A stretch of DNA of 64,000 nucleotides from an uncultured Bacteroides sp. GTDB lineage: Bacteria > Bacteroidota > Bacteroidia > Bacteroidales > SM23-62. Both the position numbers and the translations under genes were made by a program. Under the pieces are notes generated by a model, which searched no databases, had not been told where the DNA came from, and saw only the letters and a list, made by a program, of their open reading frames with translations. Positions 26,469-38,760 of the stretch are shown one piece after another (positions within the stretch are counted from its first letter, which is position 1; every line of letters starts with the position of its first letter). The DNA lies in the NCBI GenBank assembly GCA_964431315.1, contig CAYSJH010000020.1, forward strand, positions 1,226 to 65,225. Direction: 5' to 3'.

Positions 26469-27433
26469 CACAGGCTGATCAGATATATCACTGGGGACAC
26501 GGCCGGCGGTTCAACGCCTACCCGGAATACTTCAGAAAGCACTTTGGAGGCCGGATCCAGAAACTCAGCCTGGATGCAGGCTTTACCTGTCCGAACCGGG
26601 ACGGGAGCAAAGGAAGGGGAGGTTGCAGCTTTTGTAATAATAATGCATTTAACCCCTCTTATTGTCAGCCTGTCAAGAGCATAACTAAGCAGATCAGCGA
26701 AGGCATAACGTTCCACCGGAAAAGGTATTCGCGGACCCGGGGGTACCTGGCCTATTTCCAGGCCTATTCCAACACTTATGATTCGGTGGAGGTGCTCAGG
26801 TCAAGATACAGCGAGGCCCTCAGCCATCCGGAAGTGATCGGCCTGGTGATCGGGACCCGGCCGGATGCGGTCAGCGAGGAGGTGCTCGATTACATTGCCT
26901 CCCTGGCTGCTGAACATTACGTGATCATTGAGTACGGAATGGAATCCTGCTACAACGCGACCCTGGAAAGGGTAAACCGGGGACATACCTTCGAGGATTC
27001 CCTGCGGGCCATTGAAATGACTGCGGCGCGCGGGATAAGGCAGGGAGCCCATTTCATCATCGGGCTGCCGGGGGAATCCGATTCCGAGATCCTTGCCCAG
27101 GCCGGGATCATATCGCGGCTGCCGATCCAGAACCTCAAGTTCCACCAGTTACAGATCGTGAAAAATACCGGTATGGCAAGGGAATTTGAAGCGGACCCGG
27201 GAGCTTTCAGGATTTACAGCCTCCCGGAATATCTTGATCTCATGGTTCATCTCATCGAACGGCTGAATCCAGGGATGGTCATTGAGCGGATCGCAGGTGA
27301 GGTCAACCCGGGTTACCTGCTCAGTCAACCCTGGGGCATGCGCTATGACCGGATCCTGGAAAAGTTCGAAGATTCACTGGCCGAAAGGGATACATGGCAG
27401 GGAAAGGAATACAGGGAAGACAAAGGAAAATGA
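26465..27433 (+). CDS. radical SAM protein, TIGR01212 (YhcC-like) family
   Basis: FTCPNRDGSKGRGGCSFCNN cluster motif and overall family resemblance. Its start ATG overlaps the AddA-like stop as ATGA (26465-26468). Confidence 0.8.
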   Translation: MTQADQIYHWGHGRRFNAYPEYFRKHFGGRIQKLSLDAGFTCPNRDGSKGRGGCSFCNNNAFNPSYCQPVKSITKQISEGITFHRKRYSRTRGYLAYFQAYSNTYDSVEVLRSRYSEALSHPEVIGLVIGTRPDAVSEEVLDYIASLAAEHYVIIEYGMESCYNATLERVNRGHTFEDSLRAIEMTAARGIRQGAHFIIGLPGESDSEILAQAGIISRLPIQNLKFHQLQIVKNTGMAREFEADPGAFRIYSLPEYLDLMVHLIERLNPGMVIERIAGEVNPGYLLSQPWGMRYDRILEKFEDSLAERDTWQGKEYREDKGK

Positions 27434-27473
27434 CACGGGCTGTTAATGACAACAGCAGAAACAGGACAGGAAG

Positions 27474-30335
27474 ATGAAACCTTTTCTGAAGGAAGTTGCG
27501 GAGGATTTGTACCGGTCACACGGTGACAGGCTGGAAGAGTTGTGCCTGGTATTCCCCAACCGGAGAGCCGGTCTTTTCTTTAACAAATACCTCGGCGAGA
27601 TACTGGAACATCCGGTCTGGTCCCCCTCCATCTATACCATCCAGGATCTTATGGCAAGGATCTCGGATCTGGAATACGCCGACGAACTGGAGCTGATCAG
27701 CCTTCTTTACAGGATTTACTCCGAAGTCAGGGGAATGGAGGATAGCTTTGATGAATTCCTCTTCTGGGGAGAGATCATGCTTTCTGATTTTGACGAGGTG
27801 GACAAATACCTGGTGAATGCCGGGGACATCTTCAGGAACCTTGCTGACCTGAAAGACCTTGAGCATACATTTCAGTACCTGAGCCAGCAACAGGTAGACC
27901 TGATACAACGGTTCTGGAGTACATTCAGTTACGAGAAGCTGAGCGGGCAGAAACAGATATTCCTTGAGATCTGGAATATTTTGCATACGGTATACACGAA
28001 ATTCAACCAGAGCCTGCTGGAAATGGGACTGGGGTATGAGGGCATGATCTACCGGAATGTTACAGATAACCTCAGGCAGGGGAAGTCAGCCGATCTCCCG
28101 TTCGCCAGGCTTGCATTCATCGGTTTCAATGCCCTGAGTCCCAGCGAGCAGTCCCTGTTCAAATTCTTCCAGGATTCCGGCAAGGCCCTGTTCTACTGGG
28201 ATTATGACGAATACTACCTGGACATGGAAATGCATGAGGCAGGGCGCTTTATCAGGGAGAACCTTTCAGGGTTCAGGGATTCGGGTGCCGCATTCAACCG
28301 GCGGAACCTGGCTGGTTTCAAAGGGGAAATCCAGGTCTACTCGGTTCCTTCTGACGCGGGACAGGCGCAGCTGCTGCATTCCATCCTTGAAGGGGCCGGG
28401 CCGGATGCCGGAGCCGGAGAGGAAACCGCGATCGTGCTTGCCGATGAGGAACTGCTGATCCCGGTACTGAATGCACTGCCCCCGTCACTTGATGAAATCA
28501 ATGTGACCATGGGATACCCCGTCAGCGCCACCCCCGTTTTCAGCCTGATCGAACACCTGATCAGCCTCCAGCGTAACCTGAAGGAAGGCAGCGGATCGGG
28601 GGTGAGGTTCTACTACATGGATGTACTTCCCCTTCTGCAGCACCAGTATATCATGCTTCGCCAGGGAACGGATGCACGGGAAGCGGTACTCGGGATCCAT
28701 GAGCAGAATCTCATATACCTAAGTCCCGCACGCCTGTCGGGGAATGACCTTTTCAGAATGATCTTCCGAAAGATCCGGAAACCCGAAGAAATAGCGGATT
28801 ACCTGATCTCGATCCTGGAAATGATCACCGCCGGAAGCGATGATGATGAGCAAGCCATTCCCGCGCTGGAACTTGAATTCATATACAGGATCTACACCAG
28901 GATCAGGCGCCTCAAGGACGTGCTCGACCGGCTTGGCATGAATTTCAGCCTTTCCACCTTCCTGAGGCTTTTCCATAAATTCCTTCAGCGTACCCGGATC
29001 CCGTTCAGCGGGGAGCCTCTTGCAGGGATACAGGTCATGGGTGTGCTCGAGACCCGGGTGCTGGATTTTGACCGGGTGATCATCCTTTCCATGAACGAGG
29101 GAGCATTCCCGGGAAAGGGTTCCACCCAGAGTTTTATTCCCCACAACCTCAGGCTGGGTTTTAAGCTGCCGACACTGGAATACCAGGACGCGATCTTTGC
29201 CTATTATTTTTATCGCCTTATCCAGCGCTCAGGGGATATCCACCTGATTTACAATAACCGGACGGAAGGACTCACTTCCGGTGAAAAATCCAGGTACATT
29301 TACCAGTTGTTGTACGATCCCAATTTCCGGATCAGGGAACGATCCGCGGGGTTTGATCTTCAGGCTGCCCCTGCAATTCCCATACGGGTGAATAAAACTC
29401 CCGGAGTGATAAAGAAACTGGATAAGTTCTGTCCCCCGAAAGGAGGAACGGCCTACCTTTCCCCCAGCGCCCTGAACAGTTTTATCGACTGTCCCCTGCA
29501 ATTTTATTTTAACTATGTGGCCGGTATTAAGGAACCCCTGGAACTGAAGGAAGAAATTGATCCGGCCCTGTTCGGTACCCTGCTGCACGAAGCGGTCAGG
29601 ACCCTGTACACCTCGCTGGACAATCCGGTGAAGGAAGAGGACATCCGGGCGGTTCTCCGCGCACCGGAGAAAATCCGCAGCGCCATCGAGGCTTCCTTTC
29701 GCAGGATCTATTTCAGGAATGAGGATGCCCTTTTGCAGGGCAGGAACAGGGTGATCAGCGAGATCCTTTATACCTATGCCGTGCGGATCCTTGAAAAGGA
29801 TATCGGGTACTGCCCGTTCCGGATCCATAGCCTGGAAGAGAGTTTCTTCATGGAAATGCCGGTCCCCCGCCAAAGCGGGGAATTACGGGTGAAAATCGGC
29901 GGAAAGATCGACCGGGTTGACCGGTTGGCCGACTCATATCGGGTACTGGATTACAAGACCGGGAAGGGGAAAATGACGTTCTCCTCCGTGGAGGAACTCT
30001 TTGATCCTGAAATAAATAACCGGAACCGCGCGGCCTTCCAGACCATGCTTTATGCAAAGCTTTTCCGGATGGCGGAGCCGGAGGCAGGAGTCCCGGTAAC
30101 CCCTGGCGTATATCTCATAAGGGAAATCTTCAGCGAGGATTTCAGGTTTTATTTCAGCATCGGGGAAGGGAAAAATTCACTTCCGGTATCGGATTATTCA
30201 GGCCTGGATGCTGAATTTACACGGTACCTGTCTGCTCTGATCGGCCGCATATTCGATCCGGGATCGGCATTCTACCAGACGGCGCAGGAGGAGACCTGCA
30301 GGAACTGCCTCTACAGGGGGATATGTCAGAGATAA
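27474..30335 (+). CDS. AddB-like PD-(D/E)XK nuclease family protein with C-terminal Cys cluster
   Basis: 953 aa. C-terminal nuclease motif GKIDRVD...YRVLDYKTGK. Cys residues CPLQFYF ... CRNCLYRGIC, as in iron-staple AddB nucleases. No Walker A seen. Confidence 0.7.
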   Translation: MKPFLKEVAEDLYRSHGDRLEELCLVFPNRRAGLFFNKYLGEILEHPVWSPSIYTIQDLMARISDLEYADELELISLLYRIYSEVRGMEDSFDEFLFWGEIMLSDFDEVDKYLVNAGDIFRNLADLKDLEHTFQYLSQQQVDLIQRFWSTFSYEKLSGQKQIFLEIWNILHTVYTKFNQSLLEMGLGYEGMIYRNVTDNLRQGKSADLPFARLAFIGFNALSPSEQSLFKFFQDSGKALFYWDYDEYYLDMEMHEAGRFIRENLSGFRDSGAAFNRRNLAGFKGEIQVYSVPSDAGQAQLLHSILEGAGPDAGAGEETAIVLADEELLIPVLNALPPSLDEINVTMGYPVSATPVFSLIEHLISLQRNLKEGSGSGVRFYYMDVLPLLQHQYIMLRQGTDAREAVLGIHEQNLIYLSPARLSGNDLFRMIFRKIRKPEEIADYLISILEMITAGSDDDEQAIPALELEFIYRIYTRIRRLKDVLDRLGMNFSLSTFLRLFHKFLQRTRIPFSGEPLAGIQVMGVLETRVLDFDRVIILSMNEGAFPGKGSTQSFIPHNLRLGFKLPTLEYQDAIFAYYFYRLIQRSGDIHLIYNNRTEGLTSGEKSRYIYQLLYDPNFRIRERSAGFDLQAAPAIPIRVNKTPGVIKKLDKFCPPKGGTAYLSPSALNSFIDCPLQFYFNYVAGIKEPLELKEEIDPALFGTLLHEAVRTLYTSLDNPVKEEDIRAVLRAPEKIRSAIEASFRRIYFRNEDALLQGRNRVISEILYTYAVRILEKDIGYCPFRIHSLEESFFMEMPVPRQSGELRVKIGGKIDRVDRLADSYRVLDYKTGKGKMTFSSVEELFDPEINNRNRAAFQTMLYAKLFRMAEPEAGVPVTPGVYLIREIFSEDFRFYFSIGEGKNSLPVSDYSGLDAEFTRYLSALIGRIFDPGSAFYQTAQEETCRNCLYRGICQR

Positions 30336-30338
30336 GAT

Positions 30339-30346
30339 TATATTTG
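30339..30346 (+). promoter_or_regulatory. candidate -7 promoter box TATATTTG (TAnnTTTG)
   Basis: About 25 nt upstream of the ATG at 30372. Confidence 0.4.
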
Positions 30347-30371
30347 TATAATGTAATGAACCTTTAGCAAG

Positions 30372-32123
30372 ATGTTCCCGGAATTTGCCGCTTTCAATGT
30401 AGACATAAAGGAGCTAAAGTTTACCGGTGAAAATGGACAGACATTTTCAAGGACTGCCACCATTACCTTTGTCTCACCCGAAGACGGCCACCATGAGTCG
30501 GTCAGGGAACTGGGATACCTTGAGGAAAGCGAAATATTCGGGATCATAGAACGCGGGGAATCCCTGGTCCTGGACCATTGTTACATCGACCGTTTTTCAC
30601 TGGCCGACTACCGTGAGAAAGCCGGCCTCGGCATAAAGGAACCGGTTACCATACATGGATTTTCTGCGAAATATGCCTTCTTCAACAGTAAAAGCGCCAT
30701 AGATCTTTCCTATGCCGAGTTTAAGGGCAACGGGATTTCTTTTGAAGGCTCCCGCTTTGCCAGGGGGACCTTCAGCCTGCACGGGGCAAGGATCGGAGCC
30801 GGGGGACTTGATTTCAGCGATGCCCATCTGCCGGGGGGACACTTCAACCTGGGGAATCTCAGTATGGGGAAAGGCGATCTGAATTTCAAGAATGCGGTTT
30901 TCAGCGCGGGATTCAAGGATTTCCAGGATGCAGAATTCGGGGAAGGCAACAAACTGTTCACCAACGTTGATTTTGGGAAGGGAGACGTGTCCTTTGTCAA
31001 TACCCGGTTCGGGGACGGCGAAGTGTCCTTCAAGGTGGCCAGGTTCGGTACCGGCAGGGTGGATTTTCATTATGCCAAGTTCGGAGAAGGGAACATATCC
31101 TTTGAGAGGACTGATTTCGGGGATGGAAGGGTTGATTTTCGAACCGTGGAATTTATGAAGGGACGGATTAATTTCAATCGTGCGGTATTCGGCGACGGTC
31201 CGGTTTCATTTGAAGCCAGTGGCCTCAGGGAAGGCAAAATGAGCTTTAAAAGGACCGTATTCGGTGAGGGCATACTGGATTTTGAGCTGGCTGAATACGA
31301 AAATACCGACGTCAGTTTTGAACGGGCTATTTTTGATGTGGGAACGATTTCCTTTCACAATGCAAGGTTCAGGTCCCTTTCCCTGAACTCCTGTCACATC
31401 GATCATTACCTGGACCTCCGAGTGGCAGCCTGCCGGCATATCGACCTGTGCGATACCATTGTCAGGGACATCATCGATCTGATGCCCTACGACTTCGACC
31501 TGGAAATCAGAACGATCGATTTTTCCGGGATGAGAATGATCGGAAGAATTTACATTGACTGGAAACTCAACCGGGTTAAGAAGCTGATCCATGGGCAGCG
31601 GGACAGCACCAACCGTTCAAAGGCGGAACAATTCCGTACCCTGAAAGAGAACTTCAGGGTAACCGGGCAATACAACGACGAAGATAAGGCCTACCTGGAG
31701 TTTAAGCGGCTCGAATCCATCACCATCCTTGAAGAGAGTATCCATAAGCGACCGGTCTCGGCACTCTGGATGTATCCAGCCTACTGGTTCAAACTCATTG
31801 TATTTGACTGGGTCGGACACTATGCCACCAACCCGGTCCGCGTGATCATTTCCATGCTGGCCATGTACACGCTGTTCAGCGGCATATTCATGCTGCTGAT
31901 ACTGTTTACTTCGGCGGATATCGTCTCATCTGTCGGGGATCCGGATAAGCTCAACGTGGTAGTAAGGTCCTTCTATCATTGCGCCATTACATTCCTCACA
32001 ATAGGCTACGGTGATTATTACCCTTCCGGTGCCATTCGCTGGTTCTCAAGTTTTGTGGGATTTGCCGGCCTGGTCATGGTGGCCTACTTCACCGTGGCAT
32101 TTGTAAGAAAGATTCTTCGATAG
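30372..32123 (+). CDS. pentapeptide-repeat (beta-helix) domain fused to a 2-TM potassium channel pore
   Basis: About 300 aa of 20-residue periodic repeats (F.xA.FG.G.v.F...). C-terminus has TM1, pore helix, the selectivity filter TIGYGDYYP, then TM2. Confidence 0.8.
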   Translation: MFPEFAAFNVDIKELKFTGENGQTFSRTATITFVSPEDGHHESVRELGYLEESEIFGIIERGESLVLDHCYIDRFSLADYREKAGLGIKEPVTIHGFSAKYAFFNSKSAIDLSYAEFKGNGISFEGSRFARGTFSLHGARIGAGGLDFSDAHLPGGHFNLGNLSMGKGDLNFKNAVFSAGFKDFQDAEFGEGNKLFTNVDFGKGDVSFVNTRFGDGEVSFKVARFGTGRVDFHYAKFGEGNISFERTDFGDGRVDFRTVEFMKGRINFNRAVFGDGPVSFEASGLREGKMSFKRTVFGEGILDFELAEYENTDVSFERAIFDVGTISFHNARFRSLSLNSCHIDHYLDLRVAACRHIDLCDTIVRDIIDLMPYDFDLEIRTIDFSGMRMIGRIYIDWKLNRVKKLIHGQRDSTNRSKAEQFRTLKENFRVTGQYNDEDKAYLEFKRLESITILEESIHKRPVSALWMYPAYWFKLIVFDWVGHYATNPVRVIISMLAMYTLFSGIFMLLILFTSADIVSSVGDPDKLNVVVRSFYHCAITFLTIGYGDYYPSGAIRWFSSFVGFAGLVMVAYFTVAFVRKILR

Positions 32124-32255
32124 TAATGGCGGTCTGATCCTGCTATCCAGGCATCCTGATCCTGTTCTCCAAGCCACCTGGTCCAGCTTTCAATTCCCCC
32201 GATTCTGTTTATCAGGTGCGGGCTCCTCTCATCGGAAATACCGGATACCCTTCCC

Positions 32256-32936
32256 TCAATGGGATTCCAGAAGATCGGGCCGCAGTCGCCGGGTTCTTTC
32301 CATGGATTGTTCAAATTTCCATTTTTCGATCTCGGAAGTGTTTCCCGATATAAGTATCTCAGGGACCTTCCATCCCCTGTATTCGGCCGGGCGCGTGTAA
32401 ACCGGGGGGGAAAGCAGCCCATCCTGGAAGGAATCGGTAAGGGCCGATGTTTCGTCCGACAGTACGCCGGGGATCAGCCGGATAATGGAGTCGATCATCA
32501 CCGCTGCTGCCAGTTCTCCACCGGTCATCACGTAATCCCCGATTGAGAGTTCCCTGGTTACCAGGTGATCCCTGACACGCTGGTCCACACCCTTATAGTG
32601 GCCGCAGAGGAAAATCAGGTTTTCACAGGTGGACAGGCGGTTTGCGATCTGCTGGTTAAAGACCTCACCGTCAGGGGTGGTATATATGACCTCCTGATAG
32701 GTTCGTTCTTTCCTCAGGGAGGAAAGGGCGGCATCGATGGGCTGTATGGTCAGAACCATGCCTGCCTCCCCGCTGAAAGCATAATCATCGATCTTTTTAT
32801 GCCTGTCAGTGGAAAAGTCCCGCAGGTTGTGGATATACACCTCTGCAAGTCCCTTTTCCCTTGCACGCCGAAGGATTGAGTGGTTAACGGGACCCTGCAA
32901 TATTTCCGGAACACCGGTGATTATGTCAATTCTCAT
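32256..32936 (-). CDS. trmD: tRNA (guanine37-N1)-methyltransferase
   Basis: [13 protein letters not shown]...[10 protein letters not shown]...[14 protein letters not shown] is TrmD-typical. ATG 32936 is preferred over 32975. Confidence 0.9.
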   Translation of the reverse strand: MRIDIITGVPEILQGPVNHSILRRAREKGLAEVYIHNLRDFSTDRHKKIDDYAFSGEAGMVLTIQPIDAALSSLRKERTYQEVIYTTPDGEVFNQQIANRLSTCENLIFLCGHYKGVDQRVRDHLVTRELSIGDYVMTGGELAAAVMIDSIIRLIPGVLSDETSALTDSFQDGLLSPPVYTRPAEYRGWKVPEILISGNTSEIEKWKFEQSMERTRRLRPDLLESH

Positions 32937-33051
32937 GAATTCCTGATTTCCTACAAAAATAGTCAAGATGCCCAAAAAAACTTTGACTATAGGGCTTTAT
33001 TAACTACTTTCGCAGGATGTCTGTTTCCGTAATGAAAGATTTCGAGCAAAG

Positions 33052-35169
33052 ATGGAATTCAATGACCAGGTTCATGATGAACCTTTCAGCGGTGAATCTG
33101 CTGAAATAGAAAAGGACTCTTCCAAGGAGGAATACTCCACCCATGATCCTTCAGATAAGAAGGAAGAAAAGCTCCCCGAAAACACTGATTCAGCCAGCGC
33201 TTCCCCGGGAGAACAGGATGTTACTGACCTTACTGACGCGGAACCCGCTACTGAACCCGTTGCCGAACCACCTGCTGAAAAAGTCACCAGAAAACGGAAA
33301 ACCACATCCAGGAAAAAGGCGGCCGAAGAGCCCGTTTCAGGTGATTCAACGGATGAACCCGGCGAATTGAAGGATGCTGCAGATAAGATCCCTGCTCCTC
33401 CAAAACCCGAATCACCAGCTGCCCCTTCCATCCCGGAATTTGATTACAGTACCCTGACCCGGGAGGACCTGGTCAACCGGCTGGAGGTCCTGATTGAAAA
33501 CCAGAATGTTCAGGATTTACGGTCGGATGTGGACCATATCAAGGTGAATTTCTATAAAAAGAACAAAGCTGAGATCGAACTCAAGCGTAAGAAATTTATC
33601 GAGCAGGGAGGCAATCTCGAGGATTTCCAGGTACAGCCCGATATGCTTGAGGAAAAAATAAAGGAGCTCCTGAAAAAATTCCGTGAACAGAAAACGGAAT
33701 TCAACCGAAACCTTGAAGTCGAAAAGCAGGACAACCTGAACCGCAAGTACGAGGTCATTGAAAGGATCAAGGAACTGATCAACCGGAAGGAGTCCATTAA
33801 CAAGACCTTCAATGAATTCAGGGACCTGCAGAGGGAATGGCGCATGATCGGGCTGGTACCCCAGCAAAATCTCAAAGATCTGTGGGAAACCTATAACCAT
33901 CATGTTGAAAAGTTCTATGATTACATAAAGATCAACAAGGAGCTGAGGGACCTGGATCTTAAAAAGAACATGGAACTGAAAATGCAGCTTTGCGAGCGGG
34001 CCGAGGAGCTCCTGCTTGAATCCAACGTGGTGAATGCTTTTAAGAGCCTCCAGAAATACCACGACCGCTGGAGGGAAATCGGTCCCGTACCCCTCGAGGT
34101 AAGATCGGAGATATGGGAACGTTTCAGGGAAGCAACTTCCAAGATAAACCGGAAACACCAGGAACATTTCGAGGATCTGAAAAAGGCACAGAAAAAGAAC
34201 CTGGAGCAAAAAGCCCTGCTGTGTGAACGGGCGGAGGATTTAAGCAACCTGGTCCTCGAAACCCACAGGCAATGGGATGAAAAGTCAAAAGAGCTGATGG
34301 AGTTGCAGAAAATCTGGAAAACGATCGGCTTTGCCCCCAGGAAGGATAACAATAAGATCTATGAACGGTTCCGGAAGGCCTGCGATGCTTTTTTCAGCAG
34401 GAAGCGGGAATTCTATGCCCATAGTAAGGAGATACAGATGAATAACCTGCAAATGAAGACGGACCTCTGTGTACAGGCGGAAGCATTGCAGGACAGCACC
34501 GAATGGAAAAAGACCAGCGATGACCTGATCAATCTTCAGAAGAAATGGAAGGAGATCGGCCCGGTCCCCAAAAAGCACTCCGAGGCGGTATGGGGGAGGT
34601 TCAGGGCGGCCTGCGACAATTTTTTCCAGAAGAAATCGGAATATTTCCAGAATATTGACCAGGCCTATACCCAGAACCTGAAGGAAAAGAAGAAACTTCT
34701 CAAGGAGGTTGAAAACCTGGAATTGTCCGAAAATTTGGAAGAAAACTTCAAGATGCTGAATGAATACCAGCGGAAATGGTCGGAGATCGGTTTTGTCCCG
34801 TTCAAGGAAAAGGAGGCATTGCAGGAAGCATTTCGCAAAGCGATCAACAGGCATTTTGACAATCTGGACATCACCGACAGGCGGAAAAACCTTCTGAAAT
34901 TCCGGAACAAGCTGAACAACATGATGCAGAAACCGAAATCCGATATCAAGATTTCACAGGAGAGGGAGCGGTATATAAACCACCTGCAGCAGCTCAGTAA
35001 TGACATCGTGTTGTGGGAAAACAACATCGGGTTCTTTGCAAAATCCAAGAACGCCGAATCCATGATCGGTGAGGTGCAATCGAAGATAGACAAAGCAAAG
35101 GAAACGATCAAGCTGCTGGAGCAGAAGATCGATATGATCGATAGCCTGGATGCAGACCAGAGAAGTTAA
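33052..35169 (+). CDS. DUF349 repeat protein with acidic/Pro-rich N-terminus
   Basis: Repeated W(K/R)xIGxVPxxxxxxLWxRFRxACDxFF modules, at least 5 copies. Confidence 0.8.
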   Translation: MEFNDQVHDEPFSGESAEIEKDSSKEEYSTHDPSDKKEEKLPENTDSASASPGEQDVTDLTDAEPATEPVAEPPAEKVTRKRKTTSRKKAAEEPVSGDSTDEPGELKDAADKIPAPPKPESPAAPSIPEFDYSTLTREDLVNRLEVLIENQNVQDLRSDVDHIKVNFYKKNKAEIELKRKKFIEQGGNLEDFQVQPDMLEEKIKELLKKFREQKTEFNRNLEVEKQDNLNRKYEVIERIKELINRKESINKTFNEFRDLQREWRMIGLVPQQNLKDLWETYNHHVEKFYDYIKINKELRDLDLKKNMELKMQLCERAEELLLESNVVNAFKSLQKYHDRWREIGPVPLEVRSEIWERFREATSKINRKHQEHFEDLKKAQKKNLEQKALLCERAEDLSNLVLETHRQWDEKSKELMELQKIWKTIGFAPRKDNNKIYERFRKACDAFFSRKREFYAHSKEIQMNNLQMKTDLCVQAEALQDSTEWKKTSDDLINLQKKWKEIGPVPKKHSEAVWGRFRAACDNFFQKKSEYFQNIDQAYTQNLKEKKKLLKEVENLELSENLEENFKMLNEYQRKWSEIGFVPFKEKEALQEAFRKAINRHFDNLDITDRRKNLLKFRNKLNNMMQKPKSDIKISQERERYINHLQQLSNDIVLWENNIGFFAKSKNAESMIGEVQSKIDKAKETIKLLEQKIDMIDSLDADQRS

Positions 35170-36840
<1,671 letters not shown>

Positions 36841-36851
36841 CTGGATATAAA

Positions 36852-38741
36852 ATGGACAGAAATACCATCATAGGCTTATTGCTGATTGCGGCCATTCTGA
36901 TTGGCTACTCCCATTTTACAAAGCCTTCAAGGGAAAGACAGGCAGAAATGAAGAGGGTCAGGGATTCGATCGCACTTGCCGAGCAGCAAAAAGTGCAGGA
37001 ACAGCAGGTCAAACGGGTAGAAGAAGCAGCCTCTTTTCCTTCCGCGGATGTGGCCGTTGAAAAGCAAACGCAGGAGGCAAGTCCCGAGGCGTATAAGGAT
37101 GTTTACGGTGCTTTTTCCGAGGCTGCTGCAGGAACCCAGGAATTCATAACCCTGGAAAATGACCTGATCAGGCTCCGGATCTCCACTCGGGGTGGCCGGC
37201 CGTATTCGGTGCAGCTCAAGGATTACCAGACCTATGATTCACTGCCTCTTATTTTATTTGATGGCGATTCCACCGTTTTCGGAATGACCTTTTTTGCACA
37301 GAACCGGAGCATTAATACCAATGAGCTCTTTTTTACACCGGGAACGGATGAAACTTACCTGGATGCCAGCAGGGACACTGTCAGCCTTTCGATGAAACTG
37401 CCGGCCGGGGCGGACCGGTACATTGAGTATGTTTACTCCCTTAAGCCGGGAAGGTACAGGGTTGGATTTGAGATGCGGTTTGTTAACATGGAAAAGCTGA
37501 TTTCCCTGAACAATAACTTCATTGACATGAACTGGAGCCTGTATGTGCCCCAGCAGGAGAAAGGACGCATGAATGAACAGAATTATACGACCATTTTCCT
37601 GAAGCATTACCAGGACGATGTGGAAAAACTTAACATGCGATCCAAAAAAGACATACAGGAACAGGACGTGCCGACAAAAGTGCGCTGGATTGCATTCAAA
37701 CAGCAGTTCTTTTCCTCCGTTTTTATCGCGGACGAAAGTTTTACAAACGCTAACATCCGCTCAACCAAGCTTAAGGAAGATCCAACCTATCTCTACCTTT
37801 TCGAATCAAAGATCGGGATACCTTATGAAGCCAAGGCGCAACTAGATGAAAACTTCACTTTCTACTTCGGGCCGAACCATTACAATACCTTGAAATCATA
37901 TAATCTGGAGCTGGAGGACCTGGTGGGACTGGGGGGGTTGATGAGCAGAGTGATTAATAAATACATGATCATCCCGGTATTTAATTTCCTTGACAATTAT
38001 ATAAACAGTTACGGGCTGATCATTCTTCTGCTGACCATCATGATCAAACTGATCCTCTTCCCCCTTACCTGGCGCTCTTACATATCCATGGCCAAAATGA
38101 GGGTACTGAAGCCGGAAATCGATGAGATCAACGCGAGGATTCCCAAGGATAAAGCCATGGAAAGACAGCAGGCCACCATGGCGCTCTACAAAAAGGCTGG
38201 TGTGAGTCCCCTGGGAGGATGCCTTCCGACCGTACTGCAGATGCCCATCCTGATCGCCATGTTCCGGTTCTTCCCGACCTCCATCGAGTTGAGGCAGCAG
38301 GGCTTCCTGTGGGCGCATGACCTTTCGACCTATGATTCCATCCTTAACCTGCCCTTTACCATACCCATGTATGGCGACCACGTCAGCCTGTTCACCCTCC
38401 TGATGACCGCATCGACCATTCTTACCATGCGGATCAGCAACCAGGCCAACGCTTCACAGAGCTCCATGCCCGGCATGAAGGGAATGATGTACATCATGCC
38501 CGTCATGTTCATGTTCATGCTGAACAATTGGTCCTCGGCCCTGACGTATTACTATTTTCTTGCCAACGTGATTACATTCGGACAGAACCAGCTTGTAAAA
38601 CGGTTCGTCGATGAAGATGCACTCCGCAATAAACTCAAGAGCAACCAGAAAAAACCTGCCGCGAAAAAACAGAGCGGCTTCCAGAAACGGCTTGAGGAAA
38701 TGGCAAAACAGCGCGGTTACCGTCCGCCAAAGAAGAAATAA
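36852..38741 (+). CDS. yidC: membrane protein insertase YidC
   Basis: Long periplasmic domain plus the conserved C-terminal 5-TM core (PLGGCLPTVLQMPILIAMFRFF) and a basic tail. Confidence 0.92.
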   Translation: MDRNTIIGLLLIAAILIGYSHFTKPSRERQAEMKRVRDSIALAEQQKVQEQQVKRVEEAASFPSADVAVEKQTQEASPEAYKDVYGAFSEAAAGTQEFITLENDLIRLRISTRGGRPYSVQLKDYQTYDSLPLILFDGDSTVFGMTFFAQNRSINTNELFFTPGTDETYLDASRDTVSLSMKLPAGADRYIEYVYSLKPGRYRVGFEMRFVNMEKLISLNNNFIDMNWSLYVPQQEKGRMNEQNYTTIFLKHYQDDVEKLNMRSKKDIQEQDVPTKVRWIAFKQQFFSSVFIADESFTNANIRSTKLKEDPTYLYLFESKIGIPYEAKAQLDENFTFYFGPNHYNTLKSYNLELEDLVGLGGLMSRVINKYMIIPVFNFLDNYINSYGLIILLLTIMIKLILFPLTWRSYISMAKMRVLKPEIDEINARIPKDKAMERQQATMALYKKAGVSPLGGCLPTVLQMPILIAMFRFFPTSIELRQQGFLWAHDLSTYDSILNLPFTIPMYGDHVSLFTLLMTASTILTMRISNQANASQSSMPGMKGMMYIMPVMFMFMLNNWSSALTYYYFLANVITFGQNQLVKRFVDEDALRNKLKSNQKKPAAKKQSGFQKRLEEMAKQRGYRPPKKK

Positions 38742-38760
38742 AGTCCCGGGCCAGGGTTTA

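Noticed and set aside
33072-33431. 119-aa minus-strand ORF and other ORFs overlapping the DUF349 gene (33517-34209, 33921-34352, 34285-34854, 34665-35111)
   Set aside because: They lie antisense to or out of frame with a gene whose plus-strand frame shows repeated, well-formed DUF349 modules. The alternative translations are low-complexity.
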